Shown: piece after piece, positions 18,350 to 36,550 of the stretch | Layout: each line of letters starts with the position of its first letter | How positions within the stretch are numbered: position 1 is the first letter of the stretch | Assembly (NCBI GenBank): GCA_964016885.1 | Contig: OZ024747.1 | Location: forward strand, 70,246,001-70,310,000 | Source of the DNA: Eledone cirrhosa | Taxonomy: Eukaryota | DNA: 64,000 bases | Reading direction: 5' to 3' | Position numbers and translations under genes: made by a program | Notes under the pieces: model-generated | What the model saw: only the letters and a program-made list of their open reading frames with translations | What the model was told of the DNA's origin: nothing | Databases searched by the model: none

Positions 18350-21300
18350 ATCAACATTATTAACATCACTACCACTATCAACACTATCAGCACTATCAAC
18401 ATTATTAACATCACTACCACTATCACCACTATCAACACTATCAACATTATTAACACCACTACCACTATCACCATTATCAACATTATTAACATCACTACCA
18501 CTATCTCCACTATCAGCACTATCAACATTATTAACATCACTACCACTATCAGCACTATCAGCACTATCAACATTATTAACATCACTACCACTATCAGCAC
18601 TATCAGCACTATCAACATTATTAACATCACTACCACTATCAGCACTATCAGCACTATCAACATTATTAACATCACTACCACTATCAGCACTATCAACATT
18701 ATTAACATCACTACCACTATCAGCACTATCAGCACTATCAACATTATTAACATCACTACCACTATCAGCACTATCAGCACTATCAACATTATTAACATCA
18801 CTACCACTATCAGCACTATCAACATTATTAACATCACTACCACTATCTCCACTATCAGCACTATCAACATTATTAACATCACTACCACTATCAGCACTAT
18901 CAGCACTATCAACATTATTAACACCACTACCACTATCAACACTATCAGCACTATCAACATTATTAACATCACTACCACTATCATCACTATCAACATTATT
19001 AACATCACTACCACTATTACCACTATCAGCACTATCAGCACTATCAACATTATTAACATCACTACCACTATCAACACTATCAGCACTATCAACATTATTA
19101 ACATCACTACCACTATCAACACTATCAACATTATTAACATCACTACCACTATCAACACTATCAACATTATTAACATCACTACCACTATCTCCACTATCAG
19201 CACTATCAACATTATTAACATCACAACCACTATCAGCACTATCAACATTATTAACATCACTACAACTATCAACACTATCAACATTATTAACATCACTACC
19301 ACTATCAGCACTATCAACATTATTAACATCACTACCACTACCAGCACTATCAACATTATTAACATCACTACCACTATCACCACTATCAACATTATTAACA
19401 TCACTACCACTATCACCACTATCAGCACTATCAACATTATTAACATCACTACCACTATCACCACTATCAACACTATGAACATTATTAACATCACTACCAC
19501 TATCACCACTATCAACACTATCAACATTATTAACACCACTACCACTATCACCATTATCAACATTATTAACATCACTACCACTATCTCCACTATCAGCACT
19601 ATCAACATTATTAACATCACTACCACTATCACCACTATCAACACTATGAACATTATTAACATCACTACCACTATCACCACTATCAACACTATCAACATTA
19701 TAAACATCACTACCACTATCACCACTATCAACACTATCAACATTATTAACATCACTACCACTATCAACACTATCAACATTATTAACACCACTACCACTAT
19801 CAACACTATCAACATTATTAACATCACTACCACTATCAACACTATCAACATTATTAACATCACTACCACTATCAGCACTATCAACATTATTAACATCACT
19901 ACCACTATCAGCACTATCAACATTATTAACATCACTACCACTATCACCACTATCAACATTATTAACATCACTACCACTATCACCACTATCAACACTATCA
20001 ACATTATTAACATCACTACCACTATCACCACTATCAACACTATCAACATTATTAACATCACTACCACTATCAACACTATCAACATTATTAACACCACTAG
20101 CACTATCAACACTATCAACATTATTAACATCACTACCACTATCTCCACTATCAACACTATCAACATTATTAACATCACTACCACTATCACCACTATCAAC
20201 ACTATCAACATTATTAACATCACTACCACTATCTCCACTATCAACACTATCAACATTATTAACATCACTACCACTATCACCACTATCAGCACTATCAACA
20301 TTATTAAAATCACTACCACTATCACCACTATCAGCACTATCAACATTATTAACATCACTACCACTATCACCACTATCAGCACTATCAACATTATTAACAT
20401 CACTACCACTATCAGCACTATCAACATTATTAACATCACTACCACTATCAACACTATCAGCACTATCAACATTATTAACATCACTACCACTATCACCACT
20501 ATCAACACTATCAACATTATTAACACCACTACCACTATCACCATTATCAACATTATTAACATCACTACCACTATCTCCACTATCAGCACTATCAACATTA
20601 TTAACATCACTACCACTATCAGCACTATCAGCACTATCAACATTATTAACATCACTACCACTATCAGCACTATCAGCACTATCAACATTATTAACATCAC
20701 TACCACTATCAGCACTATCAGCACTATCAACATTATTAACATCACTACCACTATCAGCACTATCAACATTATTAACATCACTACCACTATCAGCACTATC
20801 AGCACTATCAACATTATTAACATCACTACCACTATCAGCACTATCAGCACTATCAACATTATTAACATCACTACCACTATCAGCACTATCAACATTATTA
20901 ACATCACTACCACTATCTCCACTATCAGCACTATCAACATTATTAACATCACTACCACTATCAGCACTATCAGCACTATCAACATTATTAACACCACTAC
21001 CACTATCAACACTATCAGCACTATCAACATTATTAACATCACTACCACTATCATCACTATCAACATTATTAACATCACTACCACTATTACCACTATCAGC
21101 ACTATCAGCACTATCAACATTATTAACATCACTACCACTATCAACACTATCAGCACTATCAACATTATTAACATCACTACCACTATCAGCACTATCAACA
21201 TTATTAACATCACTACCACTATCAACACTATCAACATTATTAACATCACTACCACTATCTCCACTATCAGCACTATCAACATTATTAACATCACAACCAC

Positions 21301-22500
21301 TATCAGCACTATCAACATTATTAACATCACTACAACTATCAACACTATCAACATTATTAACATCACTACCACTATCAGCACTATCAACATTATTAACATC
21401 ACTACCACTACCAGCACTATCAACATTATTAACATCACTACCACTATCACCACTATCAACATTATTAACATCACTACCACTATCACCACTATCAGCACTA
21501 TCAACATTATTAACATCACTACCACTATCACCACTATCAACACTATGAACATTATTAACATCACTACCACTATCACCACTATCAACACTATCAACATTAT
21601 TAACACCACTACCACTATCACCATTATCAACATTATTAACATCACTACCACTATCTCCACTATCAGCACTATCAACATTATTAACATCACTACCACTATC
21701 ACCACTATCAACACTATGAACATTATTAACATCACTACCACTATCACCACTATCAACACTATCAACATTATAAACATCACTACCACTATCACCACTATCA
21801 ACACTATCAACATTATTAACATCACTACCACTATCAACACTATCAACATTATTAACACCACTACCACTATCAACACTATCAACATTATTAACATCACTAC
21901 CACTATCAACACTATCAACATTATTAACATCACTACCACTATCAGCACTATCAACATTATTAACATCACTACCACTATCAGCACTATCAACATTATTAAC
22001 ATCACTACCACTATCACCACTATCAACATTATTAACATCACTACCACTATCACCACTATCAACACTATCAACATTATTAACATCACTACCACTATCACCA
22101 CTATCAACACTATCAACATTATTAACATCACTACCACTATCAACACTATCAACATTATTAACACCACTAGCACTATCAACACTATCAACATTATTAACAT
22201 CACTACCACTATCTCCACTATCAACACTATCAACATTATTAACATCACTACCACTATCACCACTATCAACACTATCAACATTATTAACATCACTACCACT
22301 ATCTCCACTATCAACACTATCAACATTATTAACATCACTACCACTATCACCACTATCAGCACTATCAACATTATTAAAATCACTACCACTATCACCACTA
22401 TCAGCACTATCAACATTATTAACATCACTACCACTATCACCACTATCAGCACTATCAACATTATTAACATCACTACCACTATCAGCACTATCAACATTAT
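18350..22500. repeat. Higher-order tandem duplication, period 2070 bp; boundaries approximate
   Basis: TCATCACTAT at 18981/21051; CCAGCACTAT at 19341/21411. Confidence 0.9.
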
Positions 22501-24449
22501 TAACATCACTACCACTATCAACACTATCAACACTATCAACATTATTAACATCACTACCACTATCACCACTATCAGCACTATCAACATTATTAACATCACT
22601 ACCACTATCACCACTATCAACATTATTAAAATCACTAACACTATCACCACTATCAGCACTATCAACATTATTAACATCACTACCACTATCAGCACTATCA
22701 ACATTATTAACATCACTACCACTATCAACACTATCAACACTATCAACATTATTAACATCACTACCACTATCACCACTATCAGCACTATCAACATTATTAA
22801 CATCACTACCACTATCACCACTATCAGCACTATCAACATTATTAAAATCACTACCACTATCACCACTATCAGCACTATCAACATTATTAACATCACTACC
22901 ACTATCACCACTATCAGCACTATCAACATTATTAACATCACTACCACTATCAGCACTATCAACATTATTAACATCACTACCACTATCAGCACTATCAACA
23001 TTATTAACATCACTACCACTATCACCACTATCAGCACTATCAACATTATTAACATCACTACCACTATCAACACTATCAACATTATTAACACCACTACCAC
23101 TATCAACACTATCAACATTATTAACATCACTACCACTATCTCCACTATCAACACTATCAACATTATTAACATCACTACCACTATCACCACTATCAACACT
23201 ATCAACATTATTAACATCACTACCACTATCACCACTATCAACACTATCAACATTATTAACATCACTACCACTATCAACACTATCAACATTATTAACACCA
23301 CTACCACTATCAACACTATCAACATTATTAACATCACTACCACTATCTCCACTATCAACACTATCAACATTATCAACATCACTACCACTATCAGCACTAT
23401 CAACATTATTAACATCACTACCACTATCACCACTATCAACATTATTAACATCACTACCACTATCACCACTATCAGCACTATCAACGTTATTAACATCACT
23501 ACCACTATCACCACTATCAACACTATCAACATTATTAACATCACTACCACTATCACCACTATCAACACTATCAACATTATTAACATCACTACCACTATCA
23601 ACACTATCAACATTATTAACACCACTACCACTATCAACACTATCAACATTATTAACATCACTACCACTATCAGCACTATCAACATTATTAACATCACTAC
23701 CACTATCACCACTATCAACACTATCAACATTATTAACATCACTACCACTATCAACACTATCAACATTATCAACATCACTACCACTATCAGCACTATCAAC
23801 ATTATTAACATCACTACCACTATCACCACTATCAACATTATTAACATCACTACCACTATCACCACTATCAGCACTATCAACGTTATTAACATCACTACCA
23901 CTATCACCACTATCAACACTATCAACATTATTAACATCACTACCACTATCTCCACTATCAACACTATCAACATTATTAACATCACTACCACTATCACCAC
24001 TATCAACACTATCAACATTATTAACATCACTACCATTTTCAACACTATCAACACTATCAACATTATTAACATCACTACCACTATCACCACTATCAGCACT
24101 ATCAACATTATTAACATCACTACCACTATCACCACTATCAGCACTATCAACATTATTAACATCACTACCACTATCACCACTATCAGCACTATCAACATTA
24201 TTAAGATCACTACCACTATCACCACTATCAGCACTATCAACATTATTAACATCACTACCACTATCACCACTATCAGCACTATCAACACTATTAAAATCAC
24301 TACCACTATCACCACTATCAGCACTATCAACATTATTAACATCACTACCACTATCTCCACTATCAACACTATCAACATTATTAACATCACTACCACTATC
24401 AGCACTATCAACATTATTAACATCACTACCACTATCAGCACTATCAACA

Positions 24450-27400
24450 TTATTAACATCACTACCACTATCAACACTATCAACATTATTAACATCACTA
24501 CCACTATCACCACTATCAACACTATCAACATTATTAACATCACTACCACTATCACCACTATCAACACTATCAACATTATTAACATCACTACCACTATCAA
24601 CACTATCAACATTATTAACACCACTAGCACTATCAACACTATCAACATTATTAACATCACTACCACTATCAACACTATCAACATTATTAACACCACTAGC
24701 ACTATCACCACTATCAACATTATTAACATCACTACCACTATCACCACTATCTACACTATCAACATTATTAACATCACTACCACTATCTCCACTATCAACA
24801 CTATCAACATTATTAACATCTCTACCACTATCACCACTATCAACACTATCAACATTATTAACATCACTACCACTATCAACACTATCAACACTATCAACAT
24901 TATTAACATCACTACCACTATCACCACTATCAGCACTATCAACATTATTAACATCACTACCACTATCACCACTATCAGCACTATCAACATTATTAACATC
25001 ACTACCACTATCACCACTATCAGCACTATCAACATTATTAACATCACTACCACTATCACCACTATCAGCACTATCAACATTATTAACATCACTACCACTA
25101 TCAGCACTATCAACATTATCAACATCACTACCACTATCAGCACTATCAACATTATTAACATCACTACCACTATCACCACTATCAACATTATTAACATCAC
25201 TACCACTATCACCACTATCAGCACTATCAACATTATTAACATCACTACCACTATCACCACTATCAACACTATCAACATTATTAACATCACTACCACTATC
25301 ACCACTATCAACACTATCAACATTATTAACATCACTACCACTATCAACACTATCAACATTATTAACACCACTACCACTATCAACACTATCAACATTATTA
25401 ACATCACTACCACTATCTCCACTATCAACACTATCAACATTATTAACATCACTACCACTATCACCACTATCAACACTATCAACATTATTAACATCACTAC
25501 CATTATCACCACTATCAACACTATCAACATTATTAACATCACTACCACTATCACCACTATCAGCACTATCAACATTATTAACATCACTACCACTATCACC
25601 ACTATCAGCACTATCAACACTATTAACATCACTACCACTATCACCACTATCAGCACTATCAACATTATTAACATCACTACCACTATCTCCACTATCAACA
25701 CTATCAACATTATTAACATCACTACCACTATCAGCACTATCAACATTATTAACATCACTACCACTATCAACACTATCAACATTATTAACATCACTACCAC
25801 TATCAACACCATCAACATTATTAACATCACTACCACTATCACCACTATCAGCACTATCAACATTATTAACATCACTACCACTATCACCACTATCAACACT
25901 ATCAACATTATTAACATCACTACCACTATCACCACTATCAGCACTATCAACATTATTAACATCACTACCACTATCACCACTATCAACACTATCAACATTA
26001 TTAACATCACTACCACTATCACCACTATCAGCACTATCAACATTATTAACATCACTACCACTATCACCACTATCAGCACTATCAACATTATTAACATCAC
26101 TACCACTATCACCACTATCAGCACTATCAACATTATTAACAGCACTACCACTATCAACACTATGAACATTATTAACATCACTACCACTATCAACACTATC
26201 AACATTATTAACATCACTACCACTATCACCACTATCAGCACTATCAACATTATTAACATCACTACCACTATCACCACTATCAACACTATGAACATTATTA
26301 ACATCACTACCACTATCACCACTATCAACACTATCAACATTATTAACATCACTACCACTATCACCACTATCAACACTATCAACATTATTAACATCACTAC
26401 CACTATCAACACTATCAACATTATTAACACCACTACCACTATCAACACTATCAACATTATTAACATCACTACCACTATCAACACTATCAACATTATTAAC
26501 ATCACTACCACTATCAGCACTATCAACATTATTAACATCACTACCACTATCAACACTATCAACATTATTAACATCACTACCACTATCACCACTATCAACA
26601 CTATCAACATTATTAACATCACTACCACTATCACCACTATCAACACTATCAACATTATTAACATCACTACCACTATCAACACTATCAACATTATTAACAC
26701 CACTAGCACTATCAACACTATCAACATTATTAACATCACTACCACTATCAACACTATCAACATTATTAACACCACTAGCACTATCACCACTATCAACATT
26801 ATTAACATCACTACCACTATCACCACTATCTACACTATCAACATTATTAACATCACTACCACTATCTCCACTATCAACACTATCAACATTATTAACATCT
26901 CTACCACTATCACCACTATCAACACTATCAACATTATTAACATCACTACCACTATCAACACTATCAACACTATCAACATTATTAACATCACTACCACTAT
27001 CACCACTATCAGCACTATCAACATTATTAACATCACTACCACTATCACCACTATCAGCACTATCAACATTATTAACATCACTACCACTATCACCACTATC
27101 AGCACTATCAACATTATTAACATCACTACCACTATCACCACTATCAGCACTATCAACATTATTAACATCACTACCACTATCAGCACTATCAACATTATCA
27201 ACATCACTACCACTATCAGCACTATCAACATTATTAACATCACTACCACTATCACCACTATCAACATTATTAACATCACTACCACTATCACCACTATCAG
27301 CACTATCAACATTATTAACATCACTACCACTATCACCACTATCAACACTATCAACATTATTAACATCACTACCACTATCACCACTATCAACACTATCAAC

Positions 27401-28700
27401 ATTATTAACATCACTACCACTATCAACACTATCAACATTATTAACACCACTACCACTATCAACACTATCAACATTATTAACATCACTACCACTATCTCCA
27501 CTATCAACACTATCAACATTATTAACATCACTACCACTATCACCACTATCAACACTATCAACATTATTAACATCACTACCATTATCACCACTATCAACAC
27601 TATCAACATTATTAACATCACTACCACTATCACCACTATCAGCACTATCAACATTATTAACATCACTACCACTATCACCACTATCAGCACTATCAACACT
27701 ATTAACATCACTACCACTATCACCACTATCAGCACTATCAACATTATTAACATCACTACCACTATCTCCACTATCAACACTATCAACATTATTAACATCA
27801 CTACCACTATCAGCACTATCAACATTATTAACATCACTACCACTATCAACACTATCAACATTATTAACATCACTACCACTATCAACACCATCAACATTAT
27901 TAACATCACTACCACTATCACCACTATCAGCACTATCAACATTATTAACATCACTACCACTATCACCACTATCAACACTATCAACATTATTAACATCACT
28001 ACCACTATCACCACTATCAGCACTATCAACATTATTAACATCACTACCACTATCACCACTATCAACACTATCAACATTATTAACATCACTACCACTATCA
28101 CCACTATCAGCACTATCAACATTATTAACATCACTACCACTATCACCACTATCAGCACTATCAACATTATTAACATCACTACCACTATCACCACTATCAG
28201 CACTATCAACATTATTAACAGCACTACCACTATCAACACTATGAACATTATTAACATCACTACCACTATCAACACTATCAACATTATTAACATCACTACC
28301 ACTATCACCACTATCAGCACTATCAACATTATTAACATCACTACCACTATCACCACTATCAACACTATGAACATTATTAACATCACTACCACTATCACCA
28401 CTATCAACACTATCAACATTATTAACATCACTACCACTATCACCACTATCAACACTATCAACATTATTAACATCACTACCACTATCAACACTATCAACAT
28501 TATTAACACCACTACCACTATCAACACTATCAACATTATTAACATCACTACCACTATCAACACTATCAACATTATTAACATCACTACCACTATCAGCACT
28601 ATCAACATTATTAACATCACTACCACTATCAACACTATCAACATTATTAACATCACTACCACTATCACCACTATCAACACTATCAACATTATTAACATCA
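24450..28700. repeat. Higher-order tandem duplication, period 2079 bp; boundaries approximate
   Basis: TCTACAC at ~24750/26829; AGCACTACC at 26141/28220. Confidence 0.9.
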
Positions 28701-31700
28701 CTACCATTATCACCACTATCAACATTAATAACACCACTACCACTATCAACACTATCAACATTAATAACACCACTACCACTATCAACACTATCAACATTAT
28801 TAACATCACTACCACTATCTCCACTATCAACACTATCAACATTATTAACATCACTACCACTATCACCACTATCAACACTATCAACATTATTAACATCACT
28901 ACCACTATCTCCACTATCAACACTATCAACATTATTAACATCACTACCACTATCACCACTATCAACACTATCAACATTATTAACATCACTACCATTATCA
29001 CCACTATGAACACTATCAACATTATTAACATCACTACCACTATCACCACTATCAGCACTATCAACATTATTAACATCACTACCACTATCACCACTATCAG
29101 CACTATCAACATTATTAACATCACTACCACTATCACCACTATCAGCACTATCAACATTATTAAGATCACTACCACTATCACCACTATCAGCACTATCAAC
29201 ATTATTAACATCACTACCACTATCACCACTATCAGCACTATCAACACTATTAACATCACTACCACTATCACCACCATCAGCACTATCAACATTATTAACA
29301 TCACTACCACTATCTCCACTATCAACACTATCAACATTATTAACATCACTACCACTATCAGCACTATCAACATTATTAAAATCACTACCACTATTACCAC
29401 TATCAACACTATCAACATTATTAACATCACTACCACTATCAACACTATCAACATTATTAACATCACTACCACTATCACCACTATCAGCACTATCAACATT
29501 ATTAACATCACTACCACTATCACCACTATCAGCACTATCAACATTATTAACATCACTACCACTATCACTACTATCAGCACTATCAACATTATTAACATCA
29601 CTACCACTATCACCACTATCAGCACTATCAACATTATTAACATCACTACCACTATCACCACTATCAACACTATCAACATTATTAACATCACTACCACTAT
29701 CACCACTATCAACACTATCAACATTATTAACATCACTACCACTATCAACACTATCAACATTAATAACACCACTACCACTATCAACACTATCAACATTATT
29801 AACATCACTACCACTATCTCCACTATCAACACTATCAACATTATTAACATCACTACCACTATCACCACTATCAACACTATCAACATTATTAACATCACTA
29901 CCACTATCTCCACTATCAACACTATCAACATTATTAACATCACTACCACTATCACCACTATCAACACTATCAACATTATTAACATCACTACCATTATCAC
30001 CACTATCAACACTATCAACATTATTAACATCACTACCACTATCACCACTATCAGCACTATCAACATTATTAACATCACTACCACTATCACCACTATCAGC
30101 ACTATCAACATTATTAACATCACTACCACTATCAGCACTATCAACATTATCAACATCACTACCACTATCAGCACTATCAACATTATTAACATCAGTACCA
30201 CTATCACCACTATCAACATTATTATCATCACTACCACTATCACCACTATCAGCACTATCAACATTATTAACATCACTACCACTATCACCACTATCAACAC
30301 TATCAACATTATTAACATCACTACCACTATCACCACTATCAACACTATCAACATTATTAACATCACTACCACTATCAACACTATCAACATTAATAACACC
30401 ACTACCACTATCAACACTATCAACATTATTAACATCACTACCACTATCTCCACTATCAACACTATCAACATTATTAACATCACTACCACTATCACCACTA
30501 TCAACACTATCAACATTATTAACATCACTACCACTATCTCCACTATCAACACTATCAACATTATTAACATCACTACCACTATCACCACTATCAACACTAT
30601 CAACATTATTAACATCACTACCACTATCAACACTATCAACATTATTAACATCACTACCACTATCACCACTATCAGCACTATCAACATTATTAACATCACT
30701 ACCACTATCACCACTATCAGCACTATCAACATTATTAACATCACTACCACTATCACCACTATCAGCACTATCAACATTATTAAGATCACTACCACTATCA
30801 CCACTATCAGCACTATCAACATTATTAACATCACTACCACTATCACCACTATCAGCACTATCAACACTATTAACATCACTACCACTATCACCACTATCAG
30901 CACTATCAACATTATTAACATCACTACCACTATCTCCACTATCAACACTATCAACATTATTAACATCACTACCACTATCAGCACTATCAACATTATTAAC
31001 ATCACTACCACTATCACCACTATCAACACTATCAACATTATTAACATCACTACCACTATCAACACTATCAACATTATTAACATCACTACCACTATCAACA
31101 CTATCAACACTATCAACATTATTAACATCACTACCACTATCAACACCATCAACATTATTAACATCACTACCACTATCACCACTATCAGCACTATCAACAT
31201 TATTAACATCACTACCACTATCACCACTATCAACACTATCAACATTATTAACATCACTACCACTATCACCACTATCAACACTTTCAACATTATTAACACC
31301 ACTACCACTATCAAAACTATCAACATTATTAACATCACTACCACTATCACCACTATCAACACTATCAACATTATTAACATACACTACCACTATCACCACT
31401 ATCAACACTATCAACATTATTAACATCACTACCACTATCACCATTATCAACACTATCAACATTATTAACATCACTACCACTATCACCACTATGAACACTA
31501 TCAACATTATTAACATCACTACCACTATCACCACTATCAGCACTATCAACATTATTAACACCACTACCACTATCACCACTATCACCACTATCAACATTAT
31601 TAACATCACTACCACTATCACCACTAACAGCACTATCAACATTATTAACATCACTACCACTATCACCACTATCAGCACTATCAACATTATTAACATCACT

Positions 31701-33239
31701 ACCACTATCACCACTATCAGCACTATCAACATTATTAACATCACTACCACTATCACCACTATCAGCACTATCAACATTATTAACATCACTACCACTATCA
31801 CCACTATCAGCACTATCAACATTATTAACATCACTACCACTATCACCACTATCAGCACTATCAACATTATTAACATCACTACCACTATCACCACTATCAG
31901 CACTATCAACATTATTAACATCACTACCACTATCACCACTATCAACACTATGAACATTATTAACATCACTACCACTATCAGCACTATCAGCACTATCAAC
32001 ATTATTAACATCACTACCACTATCACCACTATCAACACTATCAACATTATTAACATCACTACCACTATCACCACTATCAGCACTATCAACATTATTAACA
32101 TCACTACCACTATCACCACTATCAACACTATCAACATTATTAACATCACTACCACTATCAACACTATCAACATTATTAACATCACTACCACTATCAACAC
32201 TATCAACATTATTAACACCACTACCACTATCAACACTATCAACATTATTAACATCACTACCACTATCACCACTATCAGCACTATCAACATTATTAACATC
32301 ACTACCACTATCACCACTATCAACACTATCAACATTATTAACATCACTACCACTATCAACACTATCAACATTATTAACATCACTACCACTATCAACACTA
32401 TCAACATTATTAACACCACTACCACTATCAACACTATCAACATTATTAACATCATTACCACTATCAACACTATCAACATTATTAACATCACTACCACTAT
32501 CAGCACTATCAACATTATTAACATCACTACCACTATCACCACTATCAACATTATTAACATTACTACCACTATCACCACTATCAGCACTATCAACATTATT
32601 AACATCACTACCACTATCACCACTATCAACACTATCAACATTATTAACATCACTACCACTATCACCACTATCAACATTATTAACACCACTACCACTATCA
32701 CCACTATCAACACTATCAACATTATTAACATCACTACCACTATCACCACTATCAACACTATCAACATTATTAACATCACTACCACTATCACCACTATCAA
32801 CACTATCAACATTATTAACATCACTACCACTATCAACACTATCAACATTGTTAACACCACTAGCACTATCAACACTATCAACATTATTAACATCACTACC
32901 ACTATCTCCACTATCAACACTATCAACATTATTAACATCACTACCACTATCACCACTATCAACACTATCAACATTATTAACATCACTACCACTATCTCCA
33001 CTATCAACACTATCAACATTATTAACATCCCTACCACTATCACCACTATCAACACTATCAACATTATTAACATCACTACCACTATCACCACTATCAACAC
33101 TATCAACATTATTAACATCACTACCACTATCACCACTATCAACACTATCAACATTATTAACATCACTACCACTATCAACACTATCAACATTATTAACATC
33201 ACTACCACTATCACCACTATCAACACTATCAACATTATT

Positions 33240-36200
33240 AACATCACTACCACTATCTCCACTATCAACACTATCAACATTATTAACATCACTACCACTA
33301 TCACCACTATCAACACTATCAACATTATTAAATTCACTACCACTATCACCACTATCAACACTATCAACATTATTAACATCACTACCACTATCACCACTAT
33401 CAACACTATCAACATTATTAACATCACTACCACTATCAACACTATCAACACTATCAACATTATTAACATCACTACCACTATCAACACTATCAACACTATC
33501 AACATTATTAACATCACTACCACTATCACCACTATCAGCACTATCAACATTATTAACATCACTACCACTATCACCACTATCAACACTATCAACATTATTA
33601 ACATCACTACCACTATCAACACTATCAACATTGTTAACACCACTAGCACTATCAACACTATCAACATTATTAACATCACTACCACTATCTCCACTATCAA
33701 CACTATCAACATTATTAACAGCACTACCACTATCACCACTATCAACACTATCAACATTATTAACATCACTACCACTATCTCCACTATCAACACTATCAAC
33801 ATTATTAACATCACTACCACTATCACCACTATCAACACTATCAACATTATTAAATTCACTACCACTATCACCACTATCAACACTATCAACATTATTAACA
33901 TCACTACCACTATCAACACTATCAACACTATCAACATTATTAACATCACTACCACTATCACCACTATCAGCACTATCAACATTATTAACATCACTACCAC
34001 TATCACCACTATCAGCACTATCAACATTATTAACATCACTACCACTATCACCACTATCAACACTATCAACATTATTAAATTCACTACCACTATCACCACT
34101 ATCAACACTATCAACATTATTAACATCACTACCACTATCAACACTATCAACACTATCAACATTATTAACATCACTACCACTATCACCACTATCAGCACTA
34201 TCAACATTATTAACATCACTACCACTATCACCACTATCAGCACTATCAACATTATTAACATCACTACCACTATCACCACTATCAGCACTATCAACATTAT
34301 TAACATCACTACCACTATCAGCACTATCAACATTATTAACATCACTACCACTATCAGCACTATCAACATTATTAACATCACTACCACTATCACCACTATC
34401 AACATTATTAACATCACTACCACTATCACCACTATCAACATTATTAACATCACTACCACTATCACCACTATCAGCACTATCAACATTATTAACATCACTA
34501 CCACTATCAGCACTATCAACATTATTAACATCACTACCACTATCAGCACTATCAACATTATTAACATCACTACCACTATCAGCACTATCAACATTATTAA
34601 CATCACTACCACTATCACCACTATCAGCACTATCAACATTATTAACATCACTACCACTATCACCACTATCAACACTATCAACATTATTAACATCACTACC
34701 ACTATCACCACTATCAACACTATCAACATTATTAACATCACTACCACTATCAACACTATCAACATTATTAACACCACTACCACTATCAACACTATCAACA
34801 TTATTAACATCACTACCACTATCTCCACTATCAACACTATCAACATTATTAACATCACTACCACTATCACCACTATCAACACTATCAACATTATTAACAT
34901 CACTACCACTATCTCCACTATCAACACTATCAACATTATTAACATCACTACCACTATCACCACTATCAACACTATCAACATTATTAAATTCACTACCACT
35001 ATCACCACTATCAACACTATCAACATTATTAACATCACTACCACTATCACCACTATCAACACTATCAACATTATTAACATCACTACCACTATCAACACTA
35101 TCAACACTATCAACATTATTAACATCACTACCACTATCAACACTATCAACACTATCAACATTATTAACATCACTACCACTATCACCACTATCAGCACTAT
35201 CAACATTATTAACATCACTACCACTATCACCACTATCAACACTATCAACATTATTAACATCACTACCACTATCAACACTATCAACATTGTTAACACCACT
35301 AGCACTATCAACACTATCAACATTATTAACATCACTACCACTATCTCCACTATCAACACTATCAACATTATTAACAGCACTACCACTATCACCACTATCA
35401 ACACTATCAACATTATTAACATCACTACCACTATCTCCACTATCAACACTATCAACATTATTAACATCACTACCACTATCACCACTATCAACACTATCAA
35501 CATTATTAAATTCACTACCACTATCACCACTATCAACACTATCAACATTATTAACATCACTACCACTATCAACACTATCAACACTATCAACATTATTAAC
35601 ATCACTACCACTATCACCACTATCAGCACTATCAACATTATTAACATCACTACCACTATCACCACTATCAGCACTATCAACATTATTAACATCACTACCA
35701 CTATCACCACTATCAACACTATCAACATTATTAAATTCACTACCACTATCACCACTATCAACACTATCAACATTATTAACATCACTACCACTATCAACAC
35801 TATCAACACTATCAACATTATTAACATCACTACCACTATCACCACTATCAGCACTATCAACATTATTAACATCACTACCACTATCACCACTATCAGCACT
35901 ATCAACATTATTAACATCACTACCACTATCACCACTATCAGCACTATCAACATTATTAACATCACTACCACTATCAGCACTATCAACATTATTAACATCA
36001 CTACCACTATCAGCACTATCAACATTATTAACATCACTACCACTATCACCACTATCAACATTATTAACATCACTACCACTATCACCACTATCAACATTAT
36101 TAACATCACTACCACTATCACCACTATCAGCACTATCAACATTATTAACATCACTACCACTATCAGCACTATCAACATTATTAACATCACTACCACTATC

Positions 36201-36550
36201 AGCACTATCAACATTATTAACATCACTACCACTATCAGCACTATCAACATTATTAACATCACTACCACTATCACCACTATCAGCACTATCAACATTATTA
36301 ACATCACTACCACTATCACCACTATCAACACTATCAACATTATTAACATCACTACCACTATCACCACTATCAACACTATCAACATTATTAACATCACTAC
36401 CACTATCAACACTATCAACATTATTAACACCACTACCACTATCAACACTATCAACATTATTAACATCACTACCACTATCTCCACTATCAACACTATCAAC
36501 ATTATTAACATCACTACCACTATCACCACTATCAACACTATCAACATTAT
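33240..36550. repeat. Higher-order tandem duplication, period 1656 bp; boundaries approximate
   Basis: AATTCAC at 33331/34987; TTGTTAACACCACTAGC at 33631/35287. Confidence 0.9.
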
